A DNA stretch of 64,000 bases. Source: an uncultured Candidatus Saccharibacteria bacterium (GTDB taxonomy: Bacteria; Patescibacteriota; WWE3; UBA101185; UBA10185). The translations under genes and the position numbers were made by a program. The stretch is taken from contig CAYLVW010000001.1 in the NCBI GenBank assembly GCA_964387275.1, positions 150,619 through 214,618 on the forward strand, written 5' to 3'. Under the pieces are notes generated by a model. It saw only the letters and a program-made list of their open reading frames with translations. It was not told the DNA's origin and did no database searches. This document shows positions 38,895 to 48,802 of the stretch, piece after piece; positions within the stretch are counted from its first letter, which is position 1, and each line of letters opens with the position of its first letter.

Positions 38895-40370
38895 ATGAAT
38901 TTTGAATCACTATCTAAATGGCAACTAGTTAGCTTACTATCAAGAGGCTTTGCGATGTCAATTGGTATTTTGCAAAGTTTTTTTATTGTAAGGATGCTTA
39001 CAGTTGGGGAGTGGGGTCTTATTCAGATTGCTATTTCTATAGGAGGCGCTCTTGGTATATATCAGCATTTAGGGCTTGCTTCTGGCTCAACTCGTGAAAT
39101 TTCTCAAGCTAAAAATGATGATGCTGTATTTAAGGTGTTTCTTACAAGTCTATTTGTGAGATACATGATGACTGTTCCTCTTGCCTTAGGGCTTTTTTTC
39201 TTTTCTGAGTATTTATCTATTGATAAATATTCCCACTCAGAATTGATTATTCCACTTAAGCTATATGCGATAGTTATGGTTTTTCAGGGAGCTCAGAGTA
39301 TACTAAATTCGGTTATTTCAGGCACAAAAAGGTTCAAACACCTATTTTTGTACCAAGCTTTAATTACTTTTGTAAGTTTAGTTTTGTTTATACCTTTTGT
39401 ATTTTTCTATAAAATTAACGGTTATTTTATTGCCATGTTGTTGTTTAACACAATATCTACCATTGTATTAGCTATTCTTGCGTTAAAACCACTAAAGACT
39501 ACTTTCCCTCTTCCTACTAAATCAGAATTTAAAACATTACTTAAAGACCTAATGACAATAAGTTTAGCCATCTATCTAGTAAAAGTAATTTATACACTTT
39601 GGGAGAAAATTGGGCCGCTTATTTTGGGACTTGAACTTACACCGGAGATTGTAGGTATTTTTGCTTTTGCTATGTTGTATGCAAAAAAGATTGTAAATGT
39701 CTCTGATGCAATTACTGATGTAAATCTGCCTGTTTTGTCAGAGAAATTTGTGAAAAATCTTGATGATTTTAAGATTACATTTAGTCAAAATTTTGATAAA
39801 GTTTTTGCTCTTATTTTATTTTTAGGTTTTACAGCTGTTTATTGGGCACCCCAAGTTGTTGTTGTTCTTGTAGGCAGCGATAAATACACACAGTCTCTGC
39901 AAATGATTATTCCTTTAACATACGCATTTATTATGTACTCTTTTATTAACATTGCTAAATCCAGTGTAATTATTCCGGCCAAACTAACAAAAGAACTAAT
40001 TGTTTCTTTTATAATTTTGATTTTACTCACTTTGGGATTTTATTATGGTACTTTTCAAATTTTAGGCAACCTAACAGCCATGTGCTACGGTATGTTGATA
40101 GGATCACTTGGAGGATTTGCATCTATGGTTATTTTTTCAATAACTAAGCTAAAGTATTCGTTTTGGACATTAGATCATACGTTGTTGCTGGTTCAAAGTT
40201 TTGCGATTAGTATGGTAACTGCAAATCCTATTTTGGTTCTGAAAGTAGTTTTATACATAATATTTTTCGCCCTATATTTGTGGGCAGTTAGGGAGAGTGG
40301 ATTTGTCAAGGACACCGATTTTAGGAGGTATACAGGCAAATTTTTAAATCTAAGGTTACTAAAAAAATGA
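38895..40370 (+). CDS. Wzx-like oligosaccharide flippase (MOP superfamily)
   Basis: About 14 TM helices; R.L.V.EWG, LGL....REIS, VGIF, LP.LS pattern. Confidence 0.8.
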   Translation: MNFESLSKWQLVSLLSRGFAMSIGILQSFFIVRMLTVGEWGLIQIAISIGGALGIYQHLGLASGSTREISQAKNDDAVFKVFLTSLFVRYMMTVPLALGLFFFSEYLSIDKYSHSELIIPLKLYAIVMVFQGAQSILNSVISGTKRFKHLFLYQALITFVSLVLFIPFVFFYKINGYFIAMLLFNTISTIVLAILALKPLKTTFPLPTKSEFKTLLKDLMTISLAIYLVKVIYTLWEKIGPLILGLELTPEIVGIFAFAMLYAKKIVNVSDAITDVNLPVLSEKFVKNLDDFKITFSQNFDKVFALILFLGFTAVYWAPQVVVVLVGSDKYTQSLQMIIPLTYAFIMYSFINIAKSSVIIPAKLTKELIVSFIILILLTLGFYYGTFQILGNLTAMCYGMLIGSLGGFASMVIFSITKLKYSFWTLDHTLLLVQSFAISMVTANPILVLKVVLYIIFFALYLWAVRESGFVKDTDFRRYTGKFLNLRLLKK

Positions 40371-41302
40371 AGAAGTATCTAAAAACCATTTTAAAAATTA
40401 CTATAAGTGTATTGTTGTTTTCGGTTTTAATCTATACCGTTGATTTTGACTCCGTTCTTACATCTGCTGAAAACTTTGATTATAGGTATGGGATTTACGC
40501 TATTATGTTTACTTGTTTAAACTACTTTATTTCTTCAGTACGGTGGAAAAATCTGTTAAGTATTTATGAGAACACAAAGCACATAACAGTTAAGCATCTA
40601 ACCTCGCTTTATTTTGTTGGTTCCTTCTTCAATAACTTTATGCCTACAAGTATTGGTGGCGATGCTTACAAAATATTTCGATTAGGTAAGCAAATTAATA
40701 GTGTTGAGAACGCATTTTCTGCCACTTTTATGGAGAGATTTACAGGTATGATTGCTCTTGTTTTTATATCTGTGTTTGGGTTGCTCGGATTATATACCGT
40801 TGAGCAGTCTCAACTTAAGGGTTTTGATAGTACTTGGGTGATGGTTGCTATACTAGCTGGATTATTATTTGTACTGATTTTTGGGTTTGTTGCAGGATTG
40901 AAAGTATTAGATTTTGCAAGAAAAAAGATTTCAAAGTTCGAGAAGATTTATGTATCTCTTGTTGCTTATCGCGGTAAGAATAGAGTGTTGGCCATAGCAT
41001 TTCTTACATCCTTTGCAGTTCAATTTCTATCGATATTTACTCAGTACTTTGTATTTAAGGGTTTGGGAATGGAGTTAGATATTTTAAAAACTCTATTTAT
41101 TTTTCCCATAATCACACTGGCTGGTTTTTTTATACCTTCCTTAAATGGAATTGGAGTTCAAGATGTTTTGTACAGAATGTCTTACACGTTTTTGTTGGTA
41201 ACCCCAGAGCTTGCTCTAACAGCCTCCATTATTTACCATTTCGTACGTTTATCCGTTAGTCTTATAGGAGGTTTATTGTACGTGGTAGATAAGAACCAAT
41301 AG
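40367..41302 (+). CDS. LPG-synthase TM domain (UPF0104) flippase-like protein
   Basis: RWK.LL, FFNNFMPTSIGGD, ER..G, P.SLNGIGV. Confidence 0.85.
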   Translation: MKKYLKTILKITISVLLFSVLIYTVDFDSVLTSAENFDYRYGIYAIMFTCLNYFISSVRWKNLLSIYENTKHITVKHLTSLYFVGSFFNNFMPTSIGGDAYKIFRLGKQINSVENAFSATFMERFTGMIALVFISVFGLLGLYTVEQSQLKGFDSTWVMVAILAGLLFVLIFGFVAGLKVLDFARKKISKFEKIYVSLVAYRGKNRVLAIAFLTSFAVQFLSIFTQYFVFKGLGMELDILKTLFIFPIITLAGFFIPSLNGIGVQDVLYRMSYTFLLVTPELALTASIIYHFVRLSVSLIGGLLYVVDKNQ

Positions 41303-41304
41303 CT

Positions 41305-42849
41305 ATGAACAAAAAACTTTTTGGTAGGGATTTAGACTATAGAAAAGTTTATGTACTTTTATTTATAGTCATATTTTTTATAACTAGATTTTTATTTGTT
41401 GGGTATGAAGAAATCAATCCTGATACAGTCAATTGGTATTATAGGTCTGAACAATTTATTGTCGGATTAAAAAGTTTACAGTTAGAAAAGACCTACCAAC
41501 ACTACCATCCTGGTACTACTTTAATGTGGATCATGGGTATATCCACGGAGATTATTAAGAAAATTGACGCAGTTGGCGAAGTCATAAACAATGAAAACTT
41601 TTTAGTTTTTCATATTGTGACTAAAGTAGTTTTTGGTTTGGTTCAATTAGTATTATCTTTAGCTATTTTATATTTACTTTCCAAAATACTCGGGTTTGTA
41701 AAGGCTCTTTTAGTAGTTTCTATTTTTTCATTTGAACCGTTTTTTATAGGGAATTCAAGGTTTTTACACTTGGATGTTTTGTTATCTCTTTTTATAATAA
41801 CCACACTGGCCCTATCATTCTATAATTATTATGTTAGGGAGAAGCCTTCTTCTTATATATCAATTATTATAGGCATCTTAGCACTACTTACTTTTTTAAC
41901 CAAAAGCATAGGTATTAGTGTTTTACCCATGATTGTATTGACTATAATGCTTGGTAATCCCAAATATAGACTTCAAAGTATTATTATTGTATTAAGTAGT
42001 TTGATATTAATGGCCCCGATATTCTTGCCTGCTCTTATTAAAGACTATTCAGGAACTATAGCACTTATTTTTAAAGAGGCACTAAGAATCGGGAATAAAA
42101 ATGGCCACGAGCAGATTTTCTTGGGAGAGGAAACTATAAATGCTGGGTTTTGGTTTTATTTTGTATCTCTACTGATAAAAGTTTCTCCCTTACTTATGGT
42201 GAGCACGGTAACTGGGGTTATAGTTTTTACTAGCAACATTAAAAAGAATATTACTAAGATAGATAAGTTTTATTTACTTAGTGCTCTTTACTATGTAGGT
42301 TATTTTGTAGTGATGAGTCTGCTATCTAAAAAGCTTGATAGGTATATGATTCCAATGTTTCCATTTTTTTCTTTGTTTGCTGTTTATGCATTTAGCAAGT
42401 TCTATGACACTAAAAGCAACTTTTCAAAAGTAATGTCTGTGGTTTTTACTCTTTGTTTGTTTTTAAATGTTTATTCCTTGATAAATTTATTTCCCTATTA
42501 TTTTGTTTATGCTAGTCAGCTATCTGGTGGGCCCGTATTAGCTAATTCACTAATTGCCCAGAAACCATTCGGTCAGGGAGTTGTTTGGCTAAAGGATTAC
42601 TTGCTTGATAAGTACGGGGAACCTAAAAACGTAGGAATTTATGATCGAAAACCCCTTAGCATGATTTATCCTAATTCTAAATTATTCGATGTTAGGGAAT
42701 ATGACCCAACCAAGTATGATATTTTAGTACTAGCAGTAAATGAGGAGATTCCCGAGAAAGTTGAGAACGGAGACGCTGCCTTTAACTTAATGAATATTTT
42801 ATATATCAATAACCTGCCTTATTGGAGAATCTATGAGAAAGTTAAGTAA
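41305..42849 (+). CDS. GT-C fold (PMT/ArnT-like) membrane glycosyltransferase
   Basis: NPD first loop, YHPG.TLMW, EPF...SR..HLD, TK, KKLDRY. Confidence 0.72.
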   Translation: MNKKLFGRDLDYRKVYVLLFIVIFFITRFLFVGYEEINPDTVNWYYRSEQFIVGLKSLQLEKTYQHYHPGTTLMWIMGISTEIIKKIDAVGEVINNENFLVFHIVTKVVFGLVQLVLSLAILYLLSKILGFVKALLVVSIFSFEPFFIGNSRFLHLDVLLSLFIITTLALSFYNYYVREKPSSYISIIIGILALLTFLTKSIGISVLPMIVLTIMLGNPKYRLQSIIIVLSSLILMAPIFLPALIKDYSGTIALIFKEALRIGNKNGHEQIFLGEETINAGFWFYFVSLLIKVSPLLMVSTVTGVIVFTSNIKKNITKIDKFYLLSALYYVGYFVVMSLLSKKLDRYMIPMFPFFSLFAVYAFSKFYDTKSNFSKVMSVVFTLCLFLNVYSLINLFPYYFVYASQLSGGPVLANSLIAQKPFGQGVVWLKDYLLDKYGEPKNVGIYDRKPLSMIYPNSKLFDVREYDPTKYDILVLAVNEEIPEKVENGDAAFNLMNILYINNLPYWRIYEKVK

Positions 42850-44296
42850 CTTATGGTTATATTTAATAGTTACAATAGCAATTGTACTACGAGTGTTGTT
42901 TTTTTGGCATGGTCACCCGTTTGTGTTTCATCCAGATGAGCCTACTGTTGTGAGGTCTGCTCTCGAAGTCAGATTTTACCCAAATCCTGGACATTTTGAT
43001 TGGCCCCATCTATATATTTACATAAACTACATCGTATATATGATTTTTGCTTTTGTACGAAATATACTTAGTACTTCTGGTCTTGTTACTGAGGGACCTC
43101 TATTTGATGAAACAACTATATTTTATTATTTAACTAGAGTTTTATCTGGAGTGCTTGGGGGACTTACGGTAATCCCTGTTTATCTTACTGCTAAAACTTT
43201 TTTTAATTCCTCTAGGGTAGGTCTATTGGCTGGTTTGGTTATTGCTTTAATGCCTCTTCATGTGTGGAATTCTCACTTAGCTCTAATTGATGTACCAATG
43301 ATATTTTTTGTTTCGTGGGTTTTATACTTTGGTGCTCAAATCTATACAACAAGAAATTTAAGGTATTACATATTGGCTGGTATTTTTGTTGGTTTGGCAG
43401 CGTCTACAAAATACCATGGGGCATTTTCTGGAATATTTATTGCAGTAGTACATTTTATAGACTACAAATCTTTTTGGAAAAACCTAAGAGAACTTTATAA
43501 AGCTATTATAGCTGGAATTGTTAGTTTATTAGGTTTCCTTGTTGGCACACCTTACGCTCTAATTGATTTCACTACTTTTATTCGGACAGATGGCCCAAAA
43601 GGTGCCTTATGGCAGTTTACTAATGTAGGTCATGTTCCTTTTACTACACAAGTTGGCAAGTTTATATATAATTTATTTATTAGAATCCCTGATGACATTG
43701 GATACACATTTGCAGTTGTGTTGGTACTGGGGTTAATCTACTTTTTGTTTTCTAAAACATTTTCAAAAGGTCTTTTTCTTTTTTATACTATGTACTTGTT
43801 CCTAGTTTTTTATATATCAGGATTTGAGAAATCAAGGTCCCACTACTTGATGATTTCCTACCCGTTTATAGCAGTAGTTGTTGGGTATATGTTAGAGGTT
43901 GTTTCAGTTAAGTTTTCAAAAGTTATTAAGTACCTAGTATTATTTCTTGTGTTTATAGTTCCGTTAGGTATATCGATTTGGCAAAACTATATTTTATCCA
44001 AGGAGGATACTAGGGTTCAGTTATACCATTGGGTGTTAAGGCAGGGAGTAGTTAACAACTCTTATAACTATAGTTCAAATAACTTGAATATAATTTGGGA
44101 TAAAATTTCTACTAATAATGTAAACCGTGTTTTAGAGTCTTCCTACTTACCCTCTAGCAGTTCTTACTACATAATATCTGAAGAAGATTCCGTAACAGCT
44201 TTAGATAAGTTTAATGATTTACCAGGCACTGTTAAGACTCTTGAGACTTTTTCTCCGATAAACAGAAGAGGTCCTGTGATTTTGATAGCACAATAA
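42833..44296 (+). CDS. GT-C fold (GT39/PMT-like) membrane glycosyltransferase
   Basis: HPDE loop, F.WP, SH....D, GLA.STKY, PY, DTR. Confidence 0.75.
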   Translation: MRKLSNLWLYLIVTIAIVLRVLFFWHGHPFVFHPDEPTVVRSALEVRFYPNPGHFDWPHLYIYINYIVYMIFAFVRNILSTSGLVTEGPLFDETTIFYYLTRVLSGVLGGLTVIPVYLTAKTFFNSSRVGLLAGLVIALMPLHVWNSHLALIDVPMIFFVSWVLYFGAQIYTTRNLRYYILAGIFVGLAASTKYHGAFSGIFIAVVHFIDYKSFWKNLRELYKAIIAGIVSLLGFLVGTPYALIDFTTFIRTDGPKGALWQFTNVGHVPFTTQVGKFIYNLFIRIPDDIGYTFAVVLVLGLIYFLFSKTFSKGLFLFYTMYLFLVFYISGFEKSRSHYLMISYPFIAVVVGYMLEVVSVKFSKVIKYLVLFLVFIVPLGISIWQNYILSKEDTRVQLYHWVLRQGVVNNSYNYSSNNLNIIWDKISTNNVNRVLESSYLPSSSSYYIISEEDSVTALDKFNDLPGTVKTLETFSPINRRGPVILIAQ

Positions 44297-44300
44297 GCTT

Positions 44301-45881
44301 ATGAAAAAATATTTGGAGCTAATTAAATATGAGTTTGGCATTTCTGTACTTTTTATTTTGTCGCATCTACCTTCTTTAGGTATAGATAATTTCAATACAG
44401 ATGTGTGGAAATGGAAAAAAAGAATATTTGATTTTTCCAGTGGTGTTTTTGGTTTGAGACCTGAGGAGACAGTTCAAACATACCATCCCGGTGTTCCTTT
44501 AATGTGGTTAGGTACTATAGCAATTAAATTTTACAATCTATCTAAAGATATTTTTAATAATGGCCAGGATTATCCAGATGTTCGGGAGATTTTTTATCTT
44601 GATTTTGCGCAGAAGTTTTTAGTTGTTTTGGGCATAGCTGTTGGAGTATTTTTTATGCTATGTGCGCTACGGAAAATACTCGGAACAAAAGGTGTAGTTG
44701 TAGCTGGGTTGCTGCTTATGTTTGAGCCTTTCTATTTGGCCCTTACCAGGGTTATACATCTTGAGGGTTTAACTTCGACATATTTGGTAGCATCCTTGCT
44801 GTGGTTATATGTTTGGGGTCAGGCCAGAAAGAAACTGTATCTAAGTATTTCAGCTATACTTGGGGTTATAGCAGTGCTTACTAAGACTTCAGCCTTAATT
44901 ATTGTTCCATTTTCTTTTGTATATATTCTGTTATTGACTAAACATCCAAAAGATATACTAAAATGGTTTGCTGTTTTTGTAGTTACTGCACTTGTAATGT
45001 GGCCTGCCTTACTTTTCAAACCTATGTATGTTATTAACTACTTATATACAGGCGTAACTGAGGTAGGGATAGAGGAGGGGCATGATCAGTTCTACTTTGG
45101 TAATTATGTAACAGACCCGGGTTGGACTTTTTATTTTGTAAGTATCGCTTATAGAACATCTCCGGCTGTATTTGTTTTATTTATTGTTTCATTGCTCGGT
45201 TTGTTGCGATACAAATCAGAGAGTAGAAAGTTTATCTTTTATATATTGGCTTTTATTTTACTTTATTTGGTCGAAATTACGCTTCCGACTAAAAAATTAG
45301 ACAGGTACATGCTGCCAATACTAATTGCTATGGTTGTATGTAGTTCAGTATTTCTTAACTACGTGATGGAAGCATTCAAACACAGGTATGTTTGGGTCAT
45401 TTCACTATTGGCAATAGTGTCCAGTTTATTTTACTCGGTTACATCACACCCAATATACCTTAATTACTACAGCCCATTATTTGGCGGGTTAGGGGCGGGT
45501 ATTCATGTGATCGAACCTAAATGGTTAATTGGTACAAATGAGATTATTAGCTATTTTAGAGATGTAAAAAGTAAAGAAGGGCTCAGTGATTTTAAGCAAG
45601 GAGAGAATATTGAGAATCTATTATATAGTCCCTTGCTAGCTAGTAAATTAACTGTAGCATTTCCTGAAAAATACTATACTCAAATACACCCATTTTTTAG
45701 GTTGATAAATAGTTGGGCAGTAATAGAAGACTTATCTGGTCAGGCAGTAAAGACTAAGTTTTTTGTATATCCTGTTTGGGATGATTATTCAAACCGTGAG
45801 ACAAGGTTTAAACTTGAGTACTATGGTGACATAAGTATTGGGGAAGTGCCTGTATACAAAGTATATAAAAGGGTAATTTGA
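44301..45881 (+). CDS. GT-C fold (PMT/ArnT-like) membrane glycosyltransferase, paralog of 41305-42849
   Basis: NTD first loop, YHPGVPLMW, FEPF...TR..HLE, KKLDRY. Confidence 0.72.
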   Translation: MKKYLELIKYEFGISVLFILSHLPSLGIDNFNTDVWKWKKRIFDFSSGVFGLRPEETVQTYHPGVPLMWLGTIAIKFYNLSKDIFNNGQDYPDVREIFYLDFAQKFLVVLGIAVGVFFMLCALRKILGTKGVVVAGLLLMFEPFYLALTRVIHLEGLTSTYLVASLLWLYVWGQARKKLYLSISAILGVIAVLTKTSALIIVPFSFVYILLLTKHPKDILKWFAVFVVTALVMWPALLFKPMYVINYLYTGVTEVGIEEGHDQFYFGNYVTDPGWTFYFVSIAYRTSPAVFVLFIVSLLGLLRYKSESRKFIFYILAFILLYLVEITLPTKKLDRYMLPILIAMVVCSSVFLNYVMEAFKHRYVWVISLLAIVSSLFYSVTSHPIYLNYYSPLFGGLGAGIHVIEPKWLIGTNEIISYFRDVKSKEGLSDFKQGENIENLLYSPLLASKLTVAFPEKYYTQIHPFFRLINSWAVIEDLSGQAVKTKFFVYPVWDDYSNRETRFKLEYYGDISIGEVPVYKVYKRVI

Positions 45882-45885
45882 TTTT

Positions 45886-47175
45886 ATGGTAAGAAAGCTG
45901 CTTAATTTTATTAAGACGACTCCTATATTTGATACTGCAATGGTTTCTGGAAGTATATTTATTGCAAGTTTTCTTGCCTATTTATTGCAGTTTTACCTTG
46001 GAAGATCCCTAAGTGTTAGCGACTACGGAGATTTTGGCGCGTTACTATCTTTGTCCTATCTAATTGGTGTACCAGCTACAGTGTTTGGCTTATCTCTGAC
46101 AAAACAGGTTTCAGAAGTATATGCTACTCATAAAGATCTAATACCCGCATATTTTACTAAGATATTTATATTAAGTGTTATTCCTGGTGTATTGTTGTTT
46201 ATTTTACTTAGTGGCTTATCTTCGTTTTTTGCTACATATTTTAATCTAAACAACTATCCGGTACTTATTGCCTTCTCAATATCTGCTGGTTTCTCCTTTT
46301 TTTCTTTGGTGGCGCCATCATTTTTGCAAGGACTTCAGAGATTTAAGTCCTACTCAGTTTTTGTGATTGTATACAATATTTTTAGAACTGTAATACCTGT
46401 GGTTTTTGTATTTCTTGGTTATAGACTAATTGGTGTATTTTTTGGACTCGCGTTGGCGGCTTTTTTTGGTTTCTTATATTCTTACGTTCATTTAAAAGAT
46501 ATTTTCTTTAAAAAAATTCAAACAAGTTTTGAGGATAATACCATATTAAAGAAGTATATATATAATTTGTTTTCTTTCTCAGTTCCTGTGTTGTTGGTTA
46601 ATCTTTCTATGATGGCTTTAAACAATATTGATGTGCTAATGGTGAAGAGGTATTTTTCTCCAGAAGAAGCTGGGCACTATGTGGCTCTAGTTACCGTCGG
46701 TAAAGTGTTGTTATTTGGGGCAGGAACTGTAGCAACTGTGATGTACCCAATGCTTACTGCTGAATTTGCAAAACGAACACTAACATTAAGTAAGTTTTTT
46801 TTGTACTTTACACTGCAAGTTGTCGTTGTTGTTGTTTCTATTTTAATTTTCAGCTTATTTCCTAACTTGATTGTTGGAGTTATGTTTGGGTCAAAGTTTT
46901 TGCCGATTGTGAGTTATTTGCCTCTATTTTCAGTTTTTATGGGCTTATATGTTTTGGTAAACTTTATGGTTTTGTTTTTTCTAAGTATCAGTAGAAGTAA
47001 GGTTTTTCTAATTCAAATTCCGTTTGTGTTAGGGCAGTTTTATTTACTTAATTCTAATATTTCCTCTATAACTTCGTACATAACTATAAATATAGCTATT
47101 TCCTTTGCCCTACTAGCTGTTCTTTTACTGTACGGCTATATACAATATTCAACATGGAGAAGTCTAAAAAAGTAG
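45886..47175 (+). CDS. Wzx-like oligosaccharide flippase
   Basis: About 12 TM helices; GRSL..SDYG, LQGLQRF, NIDVLMVK, AGHY, MYP. Confidence 0.8.
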   Translation: MVRKLLNFIKTTPIFDTAMVSGSIFIASFLAYLLQFYLGRSLSVSDYGDFGALLSLSYLIGVPATVFGLSLTKQVSEVYATHKDLIPAYFTKIFILSVIPGVLLFILLSGLSSFFATYFNLNNYPVLIAFSISAGFSFFSLVAPSFLQGLQRFKSYSVFVIVYNIFRTVIPVVFVFLGYRLIGVFFGLALAAFFGFLYSYVHLKDIFFKKIQTSFEDNTILKKYIYNLFSFSVPVLLVNLSMMALNNIDVLMVKRYFSPEEAGHYVALVTVGKVLLFGAGTVATVMYPMLTAEFAKRTLTLSKFFLYFTLQVVVVVVSILIFSLFPNLIVGVMFGSKFLPIVSYLPLFSVFMGLYVLVNFMVLFFLSISRSKVFLIQIPFVLGQFYLLNSNISSITSYITINIAISFALLAVLLLYGYIQYSTWRSLKK

Positions 47176-47978
47176 TATCAGTAATAGTACCTGTATACAA
47201 AAAAGAAGCCACCATAATAAGTGATATAGATAGTATCTATAAGGCATTAGACTCCAGTAGATGGTCGTTTGAAATTATTCCTGTTATAGATGGTTTTGTA
47301 GACCGTTCTTATGAGAATGCGCTTAAGATAAAATATCCAGAAGTTAAAGTAGTAGGTTATAAAACTAATAGAGGCAAAGGTTACGCTGTGAGGTATGGTA
47401 TGGCTCAGGCAACGGGAGATTACATAGCCTTTATTGATGCCGGTATGGATATAAATCCTAATGGAATATCTTTAATTCTTGAGCATATGGAATGGTACAG
47501 AGCGGATATTATAGTTGGCAGTAAGAGGCATCCTGCATCTAAAGTTAAGTATTCTGCATTAAGAAGAATATATAGTTTCTGTTATCAGATGTTGGTATTT
47601 TTGCTTTTCCGACTGAAAATTCGAGACACTCAGGTTGGTCTTAAGGTTTATAGGAGAGAGGTATTGGAGCGTGTACTCCCAAGGCTAGTAGTAAAAACTT
47701 TTGCTTTCGATATTGAACTTCTTGCTGTTTCAAATAGATTAGGTTTTACTAGATTATACGAAGCTCCGGTTGAAGTAGCACTGGATTTTTCGAGTTCAAG
47801 CTTTAACTTAAGAAAGCCCATGTTCCTAGATCCTCAGATTAGAAATATTTTATACGACACTATTGCTGTTTTTTATAGGATGCATTTTTTAAAATACTAT
47901 GATGATGAGAACAGAATTAAGTGGGTATATGATAAAGAGCTTCAAATGCGTGTAAATACCGGGGAGATCTTGGAATGA
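47154..47978 (+). CDS. GT2 dolichyl/polyprenyl-phosphate glycosyltransferase-like
   Basis: NRGKGYAVR, FIDAG, GSKRHP, DTQVGLK, FAFDIELL. Confidence 0.82.
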   Translation: MEKSKKVVSVIVPVYKKEATIISDIDSIYKALDSSRWSFEIIPVIDGFVDRSYENALKIKYPEVKVVGYKTNRGKGYAVRYGMAQATGDYIAFIDAGMDINPNGISLILEHMEWYRADIIVGSKRHPASKVKYSALRRIYSFCYQMLVFLLFRLKIRDTQVGLKVYRREVLERVLPRLVVKTFAFDIELLAVSNRLGFTRLYEAPVEVALDFSSSSFNLRKPMFLDPQIRNILYDTIAVFYRMHFLKYYDDENRIKWVYDKELQMRVNTGEILE

Positions 47979-48802
47979 TTACCAATGGACCTTTAGTGTC
48001 TGTATTAATACCCGTTTACAATACTGAGAAATATATAAAAGATAGTGTAGATAGCATTATTTCACAGACATATTCCAACCTTGAGATAATTGTCGTAGAT
48101 GATGCCTCTACAGATTCTACATACAGTATATTAAGTTCCTATAATGATCCTAGACTTCGTCTATATAGAAATGAAACAAACCTTTATATAGCTGAGAATA
48201 GAAACAAGGCGATTAGCTATGCCACTGGCAAATACATCGTGTGGCAAGATGCTGACGATATTTCACTACCTACTAGAGTAGAAATTCTTGTTTCGTTTAT
48301 GGAAAGTCACTCCGATGTGGGGATCTGTGGTTCATATCTTCAATCCTTTGACGAAACAGGGGATAAGGATATAAGGGAATATGCTACAAATGACAGTATG
48401 CTTAGAAAGAACATTTTTAAGTATTCTCCTGTAGCTCAGCCAACCGCAATAATTCGTAGAGATATCTTAGACTTGGTAGGTAAATACAATCCAAAATTTC
48501 CGCCTGCTGAAGATTTGGATATGTCATTTAGAATAGGCTCAGTTAGTAAGTTTGCAAATGTACCACAGGTATTATTAAAGTATAGAGAGCATAGTGCATC
48601 AAATACATCAACTAGAATGCTAAGGCAAATCGATTCCACGCTAGATATACGTAAGTCTAATATGAATAATAGCAATTATAGCTTTGATATTTCAGATTAC
48701 GTAGCGTATTATTTAACAAGTATTACAAAATTATTGCCCCCATTTTTTGTAATTAAATTATTTAAAATTTCTAGATTAATTAGTAGGAAAATATTTAAAT
48801 GA
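47975..48802 (+). CDS. GT2 glycosyltransferase
   Basis: [33 protein letters not shown]. Confidence 0.88.
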   Translation: MITNGPLVSVLIPVYNTEKYIKDSVDSIISQTYSNLEIIVVDDASTDSTYSILSSYNDPRLRLYRNETNLYIAENRNKAISYATGKYIVWQDADDISLPTRVEILVSFMESHSDVGICGSYLQSFDETGDKDIREYATNDSMLRKNIFKYSPVAQPTAIIRRDILDLVGKYNPKFPPAEDLDMSFRIGSVSKFANVPQVLLKYREHSASNTSTRMLRQIDSTLDIRKSNMNNSNYSFDISDYVAYYLTSITKLLPPFFVIKLFKISRLISRKIFK

